Positions 1-9,763 are shown, counted from the first letter of the stretch. The stretch is 64,000 nucleotides of DNA from an uncultured Ignavibacteriaceae bacterium (GCA_964618785.1 CAZUCY010000001.1:54169-118168); one strand, 5' to 3'. Notes: generated by a model from the letters alone, not told the origin. Numbers and translations are program-made.

Positions 1-1
1 T

Positions 2-196
2 GCAAATACGCTTGTTTCCAGATATGATAGTATTCCTGGAATAGGTCCGCTGTTTATTAAAGTAAAACTTGATAAACCGCCTGTAAAAGTAATACTTCAA
101 CCGGAAAACATAGCTTTAAAGTATTCATATTCGAACGGAGAACTTAAAACAACAGTTAAACGGGTTGATATTCATTCAATCATCGTCATTGATTAA
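2..196 (+). CDS. 3-prime end of an upstream CDS entering from the window edge (product unknown)
   Basis: Frame 2 is open from nt 2 to TAA 194-196 (...ILQPENIALKYSYSNGELKTTVKRVDIHSIIVID*). There is no start codon in the window. It ends 25 nt before ATG 222 of the next gene. Confidence 0.35.
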   Translation, partial: ANTLVSRYDSIPGIGPLFIKVKLDKPPVKVILQPENIALKYSYSNGELKTTVKRVDIHSIIVID

Positions 197-221
197 TGAA
201 AACAATAAAAAGGGTTTTATA

Positions 222-1955
222 ATGCGCTTAAATACAAAGCAGATATTAATATTAATTTATTTGTTCATGTGTTTTCCATTATTATTATATGCACAAAACA
301 ACTTATCGGTTAAATCAATTCAGGATTTTGGAATTTTAGTTCAAAATAGTAAAAATGAAAATGGGAATTATAATGAAGCGGCAACAACTATTGGTTTTAA
401 TATAGACTTGTTGCAGCAAGGAAGCAAAATTGCTGATATAATCAGCAATATGAATATGTGGGACTATCACGGCGCCTGGCTTGAAGCAGCACAACATCAA
501 AACGCTGATTACTTCAAAAAGAATTTGCCGTTTATTAAGTATATACACTTCATGCAGGCAACCGGCGGCAACGGGGAAAGAGACCTTTTTGTTGATCCCC
601 AAAACAAGAATGTTAAAGATGACTATAAATTTGATTCATTAATAGCTGCCTGCAGAAACGTATTAAAACAAGGTCTAAAACCTTACATTAAAACCGGCAA
701 CGTGCCTCTTAAATATTCAACCAATCCGGTTATTGGAAAATCATTTGGTGTAAATCTTAACCCTCCCGATGATTATGATGTGTATTTTAAATACATTAAA
801 GCGATTGGAGATGCTTTAGTAAAAGAATTTGGAATTGATGAAGTAAAAACTTGGAAATGGGGGGTACTTACAGAGTATGAAAACAAAGATTGGTTCATGG
901 TCGATAATGATTCTCAAAAAACTAAAATAAGCTATTTCAAGTTGTACGATTATACTGTCGCTGCTTTGCAAAAATCAATTTGCCCTGATGTATATGTAGG
1001 CGCTCACAGCATGGCAGTGGCTGACGGCTTTTGGAACGAACAGGATTTTATTGAGCATTGCGCCAAAGGAATAAATTATTATACCGGTAAAACAGGTTCG
1101 CGAATTTGTTTTTTATCATGTTCATTTTATGACCAAAAACCCGGCAAATTTATGGAACGATCGCTTGCTGAAACAATAGCAATTGTTCGTGCAAAAGCAA
1201 AGCAGGTTGGATTAGACAATCTTGAATATGGAATTGATGAAGGTAGAATTTTAGAAGGGGTAGATATGAAACCATTAACGGCGCGTATTGTCGGTGATAC
1301 ATATCAGGCGGCTTATGATGCACGTTTATTTAAAATTATTCTTGATAATAATATCGATTATTTTTCTTCATGGGGTTATACTACAAATGGAATTTGGGGA
1401 GGCGTTCCTACAATTAGTCTTCATGTGGCAAATTTGTTTTATAAAATGGTGGGGAGTAACCGCATTAACGTTGCCTGTAATGAAGAAAGAAAAGGGAATG
1501 ACCCGGAAGTAGATTTAATAGCCGGTTATAATGCTTCAAATAAAAATCTTTATGTGATGGTATATAATTTCAAGAATTCTTTGGACTATAATAAAAAGGA
1601 AAATATTTTGTTGAATATTAATACGGCAAATAAGTTTGGGAAAAAAGTTAAAATTACAAGTTGGGTGGTTGATGATAATTCGAATTTCTATGGCGGGTGG
1701 ATGGATGATTGTAAAAAATTTGGTATAAACGACACAAACTTTAATTGGTCCAAAGAATCAACTGTAATTGATGGGAATTTATTTAATAATCCAAAAGATA
1801 TTTTTCTCTTTACTTCGCATGAAGAGAAATACAAAAAAGCCGCTGAACTAAAATCAGTGACTAGTGAAGAATTAATCGATAATGGTTCATTAAAGCTTTA
1901 TACAAAAATATCTGCAAATACTGTTGTGTTTTATGAAATAGAACCGGTTTATTAA
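222..1955 (+). CDS. Secreted clan GH-A (TIM-barrel) glycoside hydrolase, GH39-like
   Basis: ATG 222 lies after the upstream stop, whereas the TTG 165 of the ORF track would overlap it. Sec signal: MRLNTKQILILIYLFMCFPLLLYAQ. By eye it follows the GH39 pattern: FIKYIHFMQATGG; KFDSLIAACRNVLKQGLKPYIKTGNVP; NPPDDYDVY...VKTWKWGVLTEYEN (E in the WNEPN acid/base position); YFKLYDYTVAALQK..VYVGAHS. The family call is from memory and was not searched. Confidence 0.5.
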   Translation: MRLNTKQILILIYLFMCFPLLLYAQNNLSVKSIQDFGILVQNSKNENGNYNEAATTIGFNIDLLQQGSKIADIISNMNMWDYHGAWLEAAQHQNADYFKKNLPFIKYIHFMQATGGNGERDLFVDPQNKNVKDDYKFDSLIAACRNVLKQGLKPYIKTGNVPLKYSTNPVIGKSFGVNLNPPDDYDVYFKYIKAIGDALVKEFGIDEVKTWKWGVLTEYENKDWFMVDNDSQKTKISYFKLYDYTVAALQKSICPDVYVGAHSMAVADGFWNEQDFIEHCAKGINYYTGKTGSRICFLSCSFYDQKPGKFMERSLAETIAIVRAKAKQVGLDNLEYGIDEGRILEGVDMKPLTARIVGDTYQAAYDARLFKIILDNNIDYFSSWGYTTNGIWGGVPTISLHVANLFYKMVGSNRINVACNEERKGNDPEVDLIAGYNASNKNLYVMVYNFKNSLDYNKKENILLNINTANKFGKKVKITSWVVDDNSNFYGGWMDDCKKFGINDTNFNWSKESTVIDGNLFNNPKDIFLFTSHEEKYKKAAELKSVTSEELIDNGSLKLYTKISANTVVFYEIEPVY

Positions 1956-2059
1956 GTGTCAAATCACTTTGATAGAATGTGCTTATTAGATAAGATTAAG
2001 TATAATTGCAAATTCAGTTCCGTTGGTTGGTAAATATTAAAACAAAGGAGGAATATTAA

Positions 2060-3301
2060 ATGCGAATATTCGGTAATTTAAAAATATTATTAATGTGTAT
2101 AATCCTGTTGTTTCCTGTTTTGTCAGGAGCGCAAACTAATTCACTTAATAAATCCATCCGGGATTTCGGAGTATTACCTCAGAATAGCGGGGCGGAAAAT
2201 AAAAAACATTTACAGGAAGCTATTAATTGGGCAGCGCCCCGTGGTGCTGCGTTGTACGTGGAACCGTCGGAAATCCCGTATTGTATAGATGGCGGTATAA
2301 TTTTAAAACAAAATGTTTCTTTAATTGGTGTGCATGGCCCGGTTGGAAGATCAACATGTGATCCTGAAAAAAAACATCCGGTTGGAAGTGTTTTTCAAAT
2401 TGAGGATGAAAATAATCCGTTTATTATAGTTGAAGGTTCTACTCAGTTACGGGGAATTCAATTCTGGTATCCGGCACAAACATTTAATGACTCATCAAAG
2501 ATTATTAAATATCCACCCACTATTCAGGTGTCTCACAATACCTTTGTTAACGGAGTAACACTTTCCTGCCTTACTTTCTATGGTGAGTATATTGCCATGG
2601 ATTTTAATGCAAATAAACAATTTCCATGCGAACAGATTTTATTTGAACATTGCTACGGTTACCCGTTAAGCGGCGAGTTTATAAGAATTAGTTATTGTTA
2701 TGATATTCCACGGATTTTACACTGCCATATTAATCCGGCAAACATGGTATATTTAAACAGGAGTTTTAACAAGGAAGTAATTGATGCTGTCGTGGCAAAA
2801 AAAACTTATTCGTATGCGATTAATACTACCGATAACGCTGTTCTGATGGATATATTTTCTTTCGGAACGTATGGAGGTATTTACTTGGGTGAAGATACTT
2901 ACGGACAATTGACCAATTTTAATTTTGATTGTGTTGTAGTTGGAATTCATAAATTGGGTAGAAATTCTATAAATCGTAACTGGCAGATAGCACAAGGATC
3001 AATTATTGCCAATACCGGCGGGAATCTAAAAAATGTTCATCCAATAATAATTGAAGGGAAGGGTCATACTTCGCTTTCTAACGTTGAAGCCTTTTCCGGT
3101 ACTAATCCCGCTCTGACTACATTCAAAAACTCTCAGGACTTCTTGCTTGTAAAAGGAAATGATAAACTTTCTGTATCGATGTACGGGTGCAGGATGTGGG
3201 GATATGTAGCCGAAAATCCGGTAACAATTGAAAATCCAAATGCAGTTATTCAGGCGACTGACTGTATTGATAAAAATGAAACCCCTTTTAACTTGCATTA
3301 A
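2060..3301 (+). CDS. Secreted right-handed beta-helix protein (pectate-lyase-3 / GH28-GH55-like superfamily)
   Basis: AAAGGAGG lies upstream of ATG 2060. Signal peptide ends ...LFPVLSGAQT. IRDFGVLPQNSGAENKKHLQEAINWAAPRGAALYVEP is a diverged form of the v-DyGAkGDG-DdT-AIq-AI...GG-v-vP opening of beta-helix glycosidases. Confidence 0.55.
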   Translation: MRIFGNLKILLMCIILLFPVLSGAQTNSLNKSIRDFGVLPQNSGAENKKHLQEAINWAAPRGAALYVEPSEIPYCIDGGIILKQNVSLIGVHGPVGRSTCDPEKKHPVGSVFQIEDENNPFIIVEGSTQLRGIQFWYPAQTFNDSSKIIKYPPTIQVSHNTFVNGVTLSCLTFYGEYIAMDFNANKQFPCEQILFEHCYGYPLSGEFIRISYCYDIPRILHCHINPANMVYLNRSFNKEVIDAVVAKKTYSYAINTTDNAVLMDIFSFGTYGGIYLGEDTYGQLTNFNFDCVVVGIHKLGRNSINRNWQIAQGSIIANTGGNLKNVHPIIIEGKGHTSLSNVEAFSGTNPALTTFKNSQDFLLVKGNDKLSVSMYGCRMWGYVAENPVTIENPNAVIQATDCIDKNETPFNLH

Positions 3302-3351
3302 AGTTCTAAAACCGGATTGAATATAATTCAGATATATATGAAAATAAAATA

Positions 3352-4713
3352 ATGAAAAAAATTTCGAGGAAACAGTTTATAGGATTGTCTGCTGCTGCAT
3401 TAGCTGCTGCTGTGACCGGGGTACCGGCATTAGGAAATGCTCGGGATGATTTAATAATAAAAGACGGGTTAAAGGGTAACCGTTTTTTAACTTTTAATGC
3501 GATTATCCGTGTTAATCAAATTGAAGTTACCAGGAATAAGAATATTGGTCATGATGAAAGAAAACTACATACACCGGAGAGGTTAAAACAATTTCGAAAA
3601 GCAATAGAGCTTGGATTGCCTGAGGCAAGGATTACCTGGGCGTTTAGCTGGCTGGCGCTTCAGGATGAGAGTAAAGATTATATTGAGATCCGAAAGTTAG
3701 TAACTGAATATCACCACAAATACGGTGATGATATAACTTTTATACCTGGCGCTTACTTTTCTAATGCTTATAATACAAGAGAACAGGTAAATCTTGATTT
3801 AACCGAAGCGCTGTCTAAAATTTCCGGTATTGTTGGTAACGGATACCGGTCAAAGAGTATTGTCGCCGGATTCCTTGCCGCTGAAAATTTAAAATATCTT
3901 GCGGAAAAAGAAAAAATTCATGTTTGCCAGGGAAATATATGGAGTCAATATGCTGTTGACATGCAGGATGGAGACGGATCTGTTTCCTACCCATATTATC
4001 CTTCCGTAGAACATTTTTGTAAACCGGCGCAGGGAAATAATGATTTTATTGATTGTGTCAATCTTGACGGCTGGACGATGGATTTTTTAGCGGCTCGCAG
4101 GGAAGGTAATAAAGACGGATTTAATAGCAGAATGGGTGTGGGCCCGATAGAAACTTTCCAAAAATACGGAGTTGAGACAGGGATAAAAGAAGTTTTACAC
4201 ACGGCTTCCATACATTATGATAAAGGGTTCGAATTAAACAAATTTGCATGGGTTACTAATTGTTGGGAGCTGTCGCTTCCTATGGATGGACTAACTACTT
4301 TTTTCAGCGCTATTAAAAAACGATGGCCGTCGGTAATATCTGTTACACAGGGTGAATTTGGATTATTATGGAGAAATCATTTTAAAAGCAATAACTTCGA
4401 TTATCGCTTCGAAGAGAGAGGTTCCGGTATCGGCGGCTCTGATGAAAATATGGAAATACGCTGGTTTATGAATAAAGATTTCCGCTTGGCTTTATTGCAT
4501 GATTGGCAATTGAAAACCAGGGAAGAAGTAATAGATTTTACTAAGTATGATTTGACAGCAAAAGAGCCTGAAGAATTAACCCGTAGCTGGAGTTTATTGG
4601 GAACAATCAACCAAAAACAAACCAGACCGCAAGATAAACCAATAAAGTTGAGCGGGCTTAATGAAAAAGATAAAAATTTAATTTTTAAAAGGATTCCTGA
4701 ACTACGGTATTAA
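3352..4713 (+). CDS. Exported protein of unknown function with a twin-arginine-like (R-K) signal
   Basis: N-terminus MKKISRKQFIGLSAAALAAAVTGVPALGNA has an S-R-K-x-F-I motif, a hydrophobic Ala-rich h-region and an A-L-G-N-A cleavage region. Intact 453-aa ORF. I cannot name a family from the sequence. Confidence 0.6.
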   Translation: MKKISRKQFIGLSAAALAAAVTGVPALGNARDDLIIKDGLKGNRFLTFNAIIRVNQIEVTRNKNIGHDERKLHTPERLKQFRKAIELGLPEARITWAFSWLALQDESKDYIEIRKLVTEYHHKYGDDITFIPGAYFSNAYNTREQVNLDLTEALSKISGIVGNGYRSKSIVAGFLAAENLKYLAEKEKIHVCQGNIWSQYAVDMQDGDGSVSYPYYPSVEHFCKPAQGNNDFIDCVNLDGWTMDFLAARREGNKDGFNSRMGVGPIETFQKYGVETGIKEVLHTASIHYDKGFELNKFAWVTNCWELSLPMDGLTTFFSAIKKRWPSVISVTQGEFGLLWRNHFKSNNFDYRFEERGSGIGGSDENMEIRWFMNKDFRLALLHDWQLKTREEVIDFTKYDLTAKEPEELTRSWSLLGTINQKQTRPQDKPIKLSGLNEKDKNLIFKRIPELRY

Positions 4714-5028
4714 TCCTTTATATTGCAAATGGCTATAATGTTGTTGCTGAATGATTTCCTCAATTTGTGCCGGAGAAATGATACTTTTTTTGATGGTTTG
4801 TGATTAAACTTGTTTATTGTACATACATACCTGTTTTTTTTATACATGTACAAGCGAACCATCAAATGGAAATCTATTTTTCAACATGAAAAACTTTAAT
4901 TTTAAAAAGATGCTGTATAGATTATGTTTGCTGTCGGCTTTTTAGTAAGGTACGAAATTTAAATAGTTAAAGACTGATAATTCATTAATCAAAAGTTGTA
5001 AAAATCAGAAAAATTTATATCATCTGCT

Positions 5029-5059
5029 TATATGTAATATGAGTGATCGATTACATATA
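5029..5059. promoter_or_regulatory. Perfect 10-bp inverted repeat (TATATGTAAT-n11-ATTACATATA), candidate operator upstream of the sugar-catabolism operon
   Basis: Arms at 5029-5038 and 5050-5059 are exact reverse complements. The repeat lies about 120 nt upstream of ATG 5180, inside a 466-nt non-coding gap. Confidence 0.3.
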
Positions 5060-5179
5060 GATTTTTTTGATATTTTTCGAATTGTTATGATTAACATAGT
5101 AATAACTGCGAAGTCTGTTAATCATATTAATTAATCTTATTTACTAATTCAGTTAAAGCCCTTAACTCCGGAGGAATGA

Positions 5180-6436
5180 ATGAAGAGGAATTATTATATT
5201 GTTGTATTGATTTTCCTTATATTTTTCGTTATTTCGTTTATAACAAATATTCTGGGTTCTCTTAACCCGGATATGATTACCAGTTTCCATTTAAGCCTTA
5301 CACTATCAGCTTTTCTTCCCTTTGCGTTTTTTATTGCATATGGAGTTATGTCGATTCCGGCAGGGATTCTTGTAGAAAAATATAAAGAAAAAAAGATAAT
5401 GTTTGCGGCTTTTTTAACGGCTTTGATAGGGGCGTTGATATTTTCATTTTTTCCGCATTACCTTGTTTTTATCCCATCGCTTTTCTTAATGGGTGCCGGT
5501 ATGGCGATGCTGCAGGTTGCAATCAATCCGCTTTTAAGAGTTTCCGGAGGTGAAGAGCATTTTGCATTTAATTCGGTGCTTGCTCAATTGGTTTTCGGCG
5601 GAGCCTCGTTTCTTGCCCCGATGCTTTTAACATATTTAGTCTCGAATCTTAATGACGCTCATTCAAATAATGTGGTTAAATCAATTTTTTCAAATATAGT
5701 TCCTGCAAATATTACCTGGGTGTCTCTGTATTGGGTATTTTCAATAGTGCTGCTATTAATGATTATATTAATTATTGCTTCAAAATTTCCTGAGGTTGAA
5801 AGAAAAGAGGATGAAAAATCCGGTAGCTGGGCTGTACATAAGGGTTTGTTTAAAAACAAAACTGTTATTCTCTATTTTATCGGAATTTTTGCTTATGTTG
5901 GGACTGAACAGGGAGTATCGTACTGGATTTCAAAATTTCTGTACACATATCATAATTATGATCCTATTGCAGTTGGTGCGTCAATAGTAGGATGGTTTTG
6001 GGGGATGATGTCGATTGGTTGTTTACTTGGTCTAGGGTTATTGAAACTTTTTGATAGCAGAAGAATTTTACTTGGAGCAGTAATTTTTGCAATGATATTT
6101 TTAGCAATCGCGTTGCTGGGTCCGGGAAATATTGCGCTTATCGCATTTCCAATGGTTGGATTTTCATTGTCGGTTATGTGGTCAATTGTATTCTCGTTAG
6201 CTCTCAATTCGGTTGACAGCCACCATGGATCATTTGCCGGAATATTGTGTACTGCAATTATTGGCGGCGCTGTTGTACAATTATTTATCGGCTGGCTTGG
6301 CGATACATTTGGTTTAAGGACCGGGATGTCATTCGTTTTTGTAACCCTTGCCTACATATTTAGTATAGGAATCTGGGCAAATCCATTAATCGCTAATGAA
6401 ACTATAAAATCAAAGAAATTATCGTCGGGAAAATAA
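5180..6436 (+). CDS. MFS sugar permease (FucP / GluP / NagP-like)
   Basis: GGAGG at 5169-5173 upstream of ATG 5180. 418 aa with about 12 hydrophobic spans. Its length and the central charged loop (KFPEVERKEDEKSG) are typical of the fucose/glucose-galactose permease branch. Confidence 0.7.
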   Translation: MKRNYYIVVLIFLIFFVISFITNILGSLNPDMITSFHLSLTLSAFLPFAFFIAYGVMSIPAGILVEKYKEKKIMFAAFLTALIGALIFSFFPHYLVFIPSLFLMGAGMAMLQVAINPLLRVSGGEEHFAFNSVLAQLVFGGASFLAPMLLTYLVSNLNDAHSNNVVKSIFSNIVPANITWVSLYWVFSIVLLLMIILIIASKFPEVERKEDEKSGSWAVHKGLFKNKTVILYFIGIFAYVGTEQGVSYWISKFLYTYHNYDPIAVGASIVGWFWGMMSIGCLLGLGLLKLFDSRRILLGAVIFAMIFLAIALLGPGNIALIAFPMVGFSLSVMWSIVFSLALNSVDSHHGSFAGILCTAIIGGAVVQLFIGWLGDTFGLRTGMSFVFVTLAYIFSIGIWANPLIANETIKSKKLSSGK

Positions 6437-6474
6437 TTTTTGTTTTACCCGTAAAAACATAAGGAAACGATAAA

Positions 6475-7323
6475 ATGTCATTAATCAGTTTAACGGAAAT
6501 ATTGACCGATGCAGATTCAAAAGGCTATGCAGTCGGGTTATTTAATGTGGTCGGTACTGACAGTCTTAAAGCAATTATAAAAGGCGCGGAAGAATGTAAT
6601 TCTCCTGTAATAATTGGATTGGCAGAAGTGCATTTGCCGTATGCACCCCTTGAACTTTTAGCTCCTATGATGGTGGATTCTGCTAAGCGTTCTAAAGTTC
6701 CTGTTGCTGTTCATCTCGATCACGGCGAGATGTTTGAGACCATTATAAAAACAATGCATTATGGATTTACTTCAGTTATGTTTGATGGTTCTGTTCTAAA
6801 TTATAATGACAATGTTAAAAAAACTCGGGAAATTGTAAAAATTGCGAAAGCGCTTGGCGTTTCTGTTGAAGCTGAACTTGGTCACGTCGGGGGAGCTGAA
6901 GCTGGTAGTTACGATCAACATGAAATGTATTATACGGAACCGGGAAAAGCTGCAGATTTTGTCAATCAAACTGAAATAAATGCCTTAGCCGTCGCCATTG
7001 GAACAGCGCATGGTGAGTACGTAAAAAAACCGTGTCTTGATCTGAACAGGCTATCGGAAATACATAACAAAGTCGATGTCCCGCTTGTGCTGCATGGCGG
7101 TTCCGGTCTTTCAGATGATGACTTCAAAGAGTGCATTAGTCGCGGAATTCGAAAGATAAATATTTTTACAGATATGTCTTATGCTGCTTCGGAAGGATTA
7201 AGAACGTTTCTCGAACTAAAGAAAAAATACCATTGTTTTGAAATTTCAGAAGTCATTGAGGAAAATATGAAAAAAGTAGTGATAGAAAAAATTCGTTTAT
7301 TTGGCAGCAACTCAAAAGCTTAA
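6475..7323 (+). CDS. Class II ketose-bisphosphate aldolase (fructose/tagatose-1,6-bisphosphate aldolase family)
   Basis: Motifs GLFNV...LKAIIKGAEECNSPVIIG, VAVHLDHG, SVMFDGS, VEAELG, AVAIGTAHG and LVLHGGSG. 282 aa, the length of GatY/KbaY/FbaA-short enzymes. Confidence 0.85.
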   Translation: MSLISLTEILTDADSKGYAVGLFNVVGTDSLKAIIKGAEECNSPVIIGLAEVHLPYAPLELLAPMMVDSAKRSKVPVAVHLDHGEMFETIIKTMHYGFTSVMFDGSVLNYNDNVKKTREIVKIAKALGVSVEAELGHVGGAEAGSYDQHEMYYTEPGKAADFVNQTEINALAVAIGTAHGEYVKKPCLDLNRLSEIHNKVDVPLVLHGGSGLSDDDFKECISRGIRKINIFTDMSYAASEGLRTFLELKKKYHCFEISEVIEENMKKVVIEKIRLFGSNSKA

Positions 7324-7335
7324 AAGAGGTTAAAA

Positions 7336-8277
7336 ATGCACGAAGTTACTTGTCTCGGTATAATCGTGGCAGATGTAATAGCAAAAACCGTTAACGCTCT
7401 GCCTCAGGAAGGTAAACTTGCTCTTATAGATCAGCTTGAGCTTCATCTTGGAGGTTGTGCATCAAATGCTGCTGTCGACCTTGAAAAAATAGGAATAAAA
7501 ACAGCAGTTATCGGGAAAGTTGGGGACGACGGATTCGGTTCTTTTGTTATAAATGAAATGAAACGTAATAATGTAAATGTAGAGGGTATTATAGTAAGTA
7601 AAACGAGTAAAACTTCTGCATCGGTGGTTTCTGTTCATTCAAACGGTGAAAGATCATTTCTCCATCATATAGGGGCGAATGCAGATATTGTAGCTGATGA
7701 TATCAACTTGTCAATTATTCTTAATTCAAAAATCCTCTTTATTGCCGGTGCATTACTTATGCCGGGGTTTGATTGTTTTCCCGCAGCAGAAGTGTTAAGA
7801 ATAGCCCAAAAAGAAAAAATAATTACCGTGATGGACACTGCCTGGGATTCAACAGGGAAATGGATGCAGTCAATTGAACCGTGTTTAACGTATTTAGATT
7901 ATTTCATGCCGAGTCTGGAAGAAGCTGAAATGATTTCGGGTAAAAGCAAGCCGGAAGAAATTGCCGGCGTGTTTTTGGATGCAGGGGTAAAAGTTGCTGT
8001 GATAAAACTTGGCTCTAACGGTTGTTTTATAAAAAGCAGAACAGGTGAACAGTTTTTTATTGATGCTTTTAAAGGGATTAAAGCGGTTGACACAACCGGC
8101 GCGGGTGATTCTTTTGCCGCAGGATTTATTACCGGTATTATCCATGGATGGGACCTTCCGGTTTGCGGTAAATTCGCTAACGCTGTCGGAGCACATTGTG
8201 TCATGAAAGTAGGCGCTACATCAGGTATAAAATGTTTGGGAGAGATCAGGGATTTTATTAACTCTTATAATAAATGA
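7336..8277 (+). CDS. PfkB-family carbohydrate kinase
   Basis: N-terminal GxxxxD...GG.ASNAA segment and the C-terminal anion-hole motif DTTGAGDSFAAGF. 313 aa. AAGAGG lies upstream of ATG 7336. Confidence 0.85.
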   Translation: MHEVTCLGIIVADVIAKTVNALPQEGKLALIDQLELHLGGCASNAAVDLEKIGIKTAVIGKVGDDGFGSFVINEMKRNNVNVEGIIVSKTSKTSASVVSVHSNGERSFLHHIGANADIVADDINLSIILNSKILFIAGALLMPGFDCFPAAEVLRIAQKEKIITVMDTAWDSTGKWMQSIEPCLTYLDYFMPSLEEAEMISGKSKPEEIAGVFLDAGVKVAVIKLGSNGCFIKSRTGEQFFIDAFKGIKAVDTTGAGDSFAAGFITGIIHGWDLPVCGKFANAVGAHCVMKVGATSGIKCLGEIRDFINSYNK

Positions 8278-8831
8278 GGTGTTTTATGTTGAGTAAAGCA
8301 GTATTTGAAGATGCAAGAAACAGAGCGTTGGGGTACTTTAATAAAGCCGGAATAGCTCTTTCGGAAAGTGAAAAAGAAAATATTGAAGTGGCTGATTTTG
8401 GATTGGGTCGCTTGGATGAAATAGGTCTTGAAATTCTTGTCTATGTTAATACGGATAGATGTTGTGCCAAAGAGCTTGTCCTTTTCCCTTATCAAATTTG
8501 CCCGGAACACCGTCACCCTGATATTAATAAACAAATGGGAAAAGAAGAAACTTTCAGATGCCGGTATGGGAAAGTGCTTCTATATGTTGATGGTGAACCT
8601 TCTGAAAAAATTTCTGCAGTCTTACCAAATGGGAAAGAAAAATGTTTTACTGTAAAGCATGAAATCGTACTTAATCCGGGCGATCAATACACTCTTAAAC
8701 CGGGAATTCTTCACTGGTTCCAGGCAGATTCAAAGGGTGCGGTGATATCCGAATTTTCAACAAAGAGCAGTGATGAATTTGATGTCTTTACCGACCCTGA
8801 GATTAAAAGAATTCCGGTAATTGAGAGCTGA
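8274..8831 (+). CDS. Cupin-type D-lyxose / D-mannose ketol-isomerase
   Basis: IEVADFGLGRLDEIGLEILVYVNTDRCCAKELVLFPYQICPEHRHP closely matches my memory of the B. subtilis YdaE / E. coli O157 lyxose isomerase core. ATG 8274 overlaps the PfkB stop (ATGA). The in-frame ATG 8286, preceded by GAGGTG, is an alternative start. Confidence 0.75.
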   Translation: MRCFMLSKAVFEDARNRALGYFNKAGIALSESEKENIEVADFGLGRLDEIGLEILVYVNTDRCCAKELVLFPYQICPEHRHPDINKQMGKEETFRCRYGKVLLYVDGEPSEKISAVLPNGKEKCFTVKHEIVLNPGDQYTLKPGILHWFQADSKGAVISEFSTKSSDEFDVFTDPEIKRIPVIES

Positions 8832-8893
8832 AAAAAACTGCAAATTAGATAGATTGAAATAAATAAAGTGAATAAATAAAAAATGGGAAAATA

Positions 8894-9763
8894 ATGGGAA
8901 TACTTGGTGTTGATATTGGCGGTACAAATATTCGTGTGGGACTGATAGAAAACGGTGGACTTGTAAGAGTTGAATCGCTGGGAATCAGGAAAAATGGTGC
9001 GCTCGAAGAAATTATGGGGGATGTAATTTCAACAATTAAAAAATTCGACAATGATGAAATACTGGGAATGGGTATCGGGGTTCCAAGCGTTGTTGATGTT
9101 GAAAAAGGTATTGTATATGATGTGCAGAATATACCGTCATGGAAAGAAGTTCATCTTAAGAAAATATTGGAAAGAAAGTTTAAGATACCCGTTTATGTAA
9201 ATAATGATGCCAACTGCTTTGCCGTTGGTGAAAAATACTTTGGTAAAGTGAAAAAGTACAGGAATCTCATTGGTTTAATAATTGGTACCGGCCTTGGCGC
9301 AGGAGTTATTGTCAACAATCAATTATATTCGGGAAATAATTGCGGCGCCGGTGAGTTCGGAATGATTCCATTTAAAGATAAGACTTATGAATATTACTGC
9401 AGTGGACAATTTTTCACAAACGAATTCAGGAAATCGGGCGAAGAGCTATTGGCAGGTGCTGAAAAAGGAAATCGTTCAGCGCTAAAGATTTTTAACAATT
9501 ATGGCTCCAATCTCGGTGAAGCAATTAAAATGATTATGTATGCCGTTGATCCTGAAGTAATTGTTCTGGGAGGATCGGTAAGCAAATCGTATAAATTTTT
9601 TGAAAAAGGTATGTGGAAATCAATAAAAAGTTTTGCATATGCAAAATCAGTTTCTAAAATAAAAATTGAAGTTTCAAAAATAAAACATATTGCAATTCTT
9701 GGGGCGGCAGCTCTGTATCTTGATGCAATAGGAGACAATTTATTAAGAAAATCAAAAGTATAA
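8894..9763 (+). CDS. ROK-family sugar kinase (short form, no HTH, degenerate zinc motif)
   Basis: ILGVDIGGTNIRVG, NDANCFAVGE, GTGLGAGVIV and GAGEFG. 289 aa, so a kinase rather than a repressor. The usual C-x-C-G-x2-G-C-x-E zinc motif is reduced to YYCSGQF. Confidence 0.75.
   Translation: MGILGVDIGGTNIRVGLIENGGLVRVESLGIRKNGALEEIMGDVISTIKKFDNDEILGMGIGVPSVVDVEKGIVYDVQNIPSWKEVHLKKILERKFKIPVYVNNDANCFAVGEKYFGKVKKYRNLIGLIIGTGLGAGVIVNNQLYSGNNCGAGEFGMIPFKDKTYEYYCSGQFFTNEFRKSGEELLAGAEKGNRSALKIFNNYGSNLGEAIKMIMYAVDPEVIVLGGSVSKSYKFFEKGMWKSIKSFAYAKSVSKIKIEVSKIKHIAILGAAALYLDAIGDNLLRKSKV

Noticed and set aside
165-221. Upstream alternative starts offered by the ORF track: TTG 165, GTG 14387, TTG 26433, TTG 37021, TTG 50539 (minus strand), ATG 58305, TTG 60439 and ATG 62225.
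   Set aside because: In each case a downstream ATG gives a normal signal peptide. It also has a better Shine-Dalgarno site, or avoids overlap with the preceding gene, or matches the paralog N-terminus. The longer forms remain possible, but I consider them less likely.
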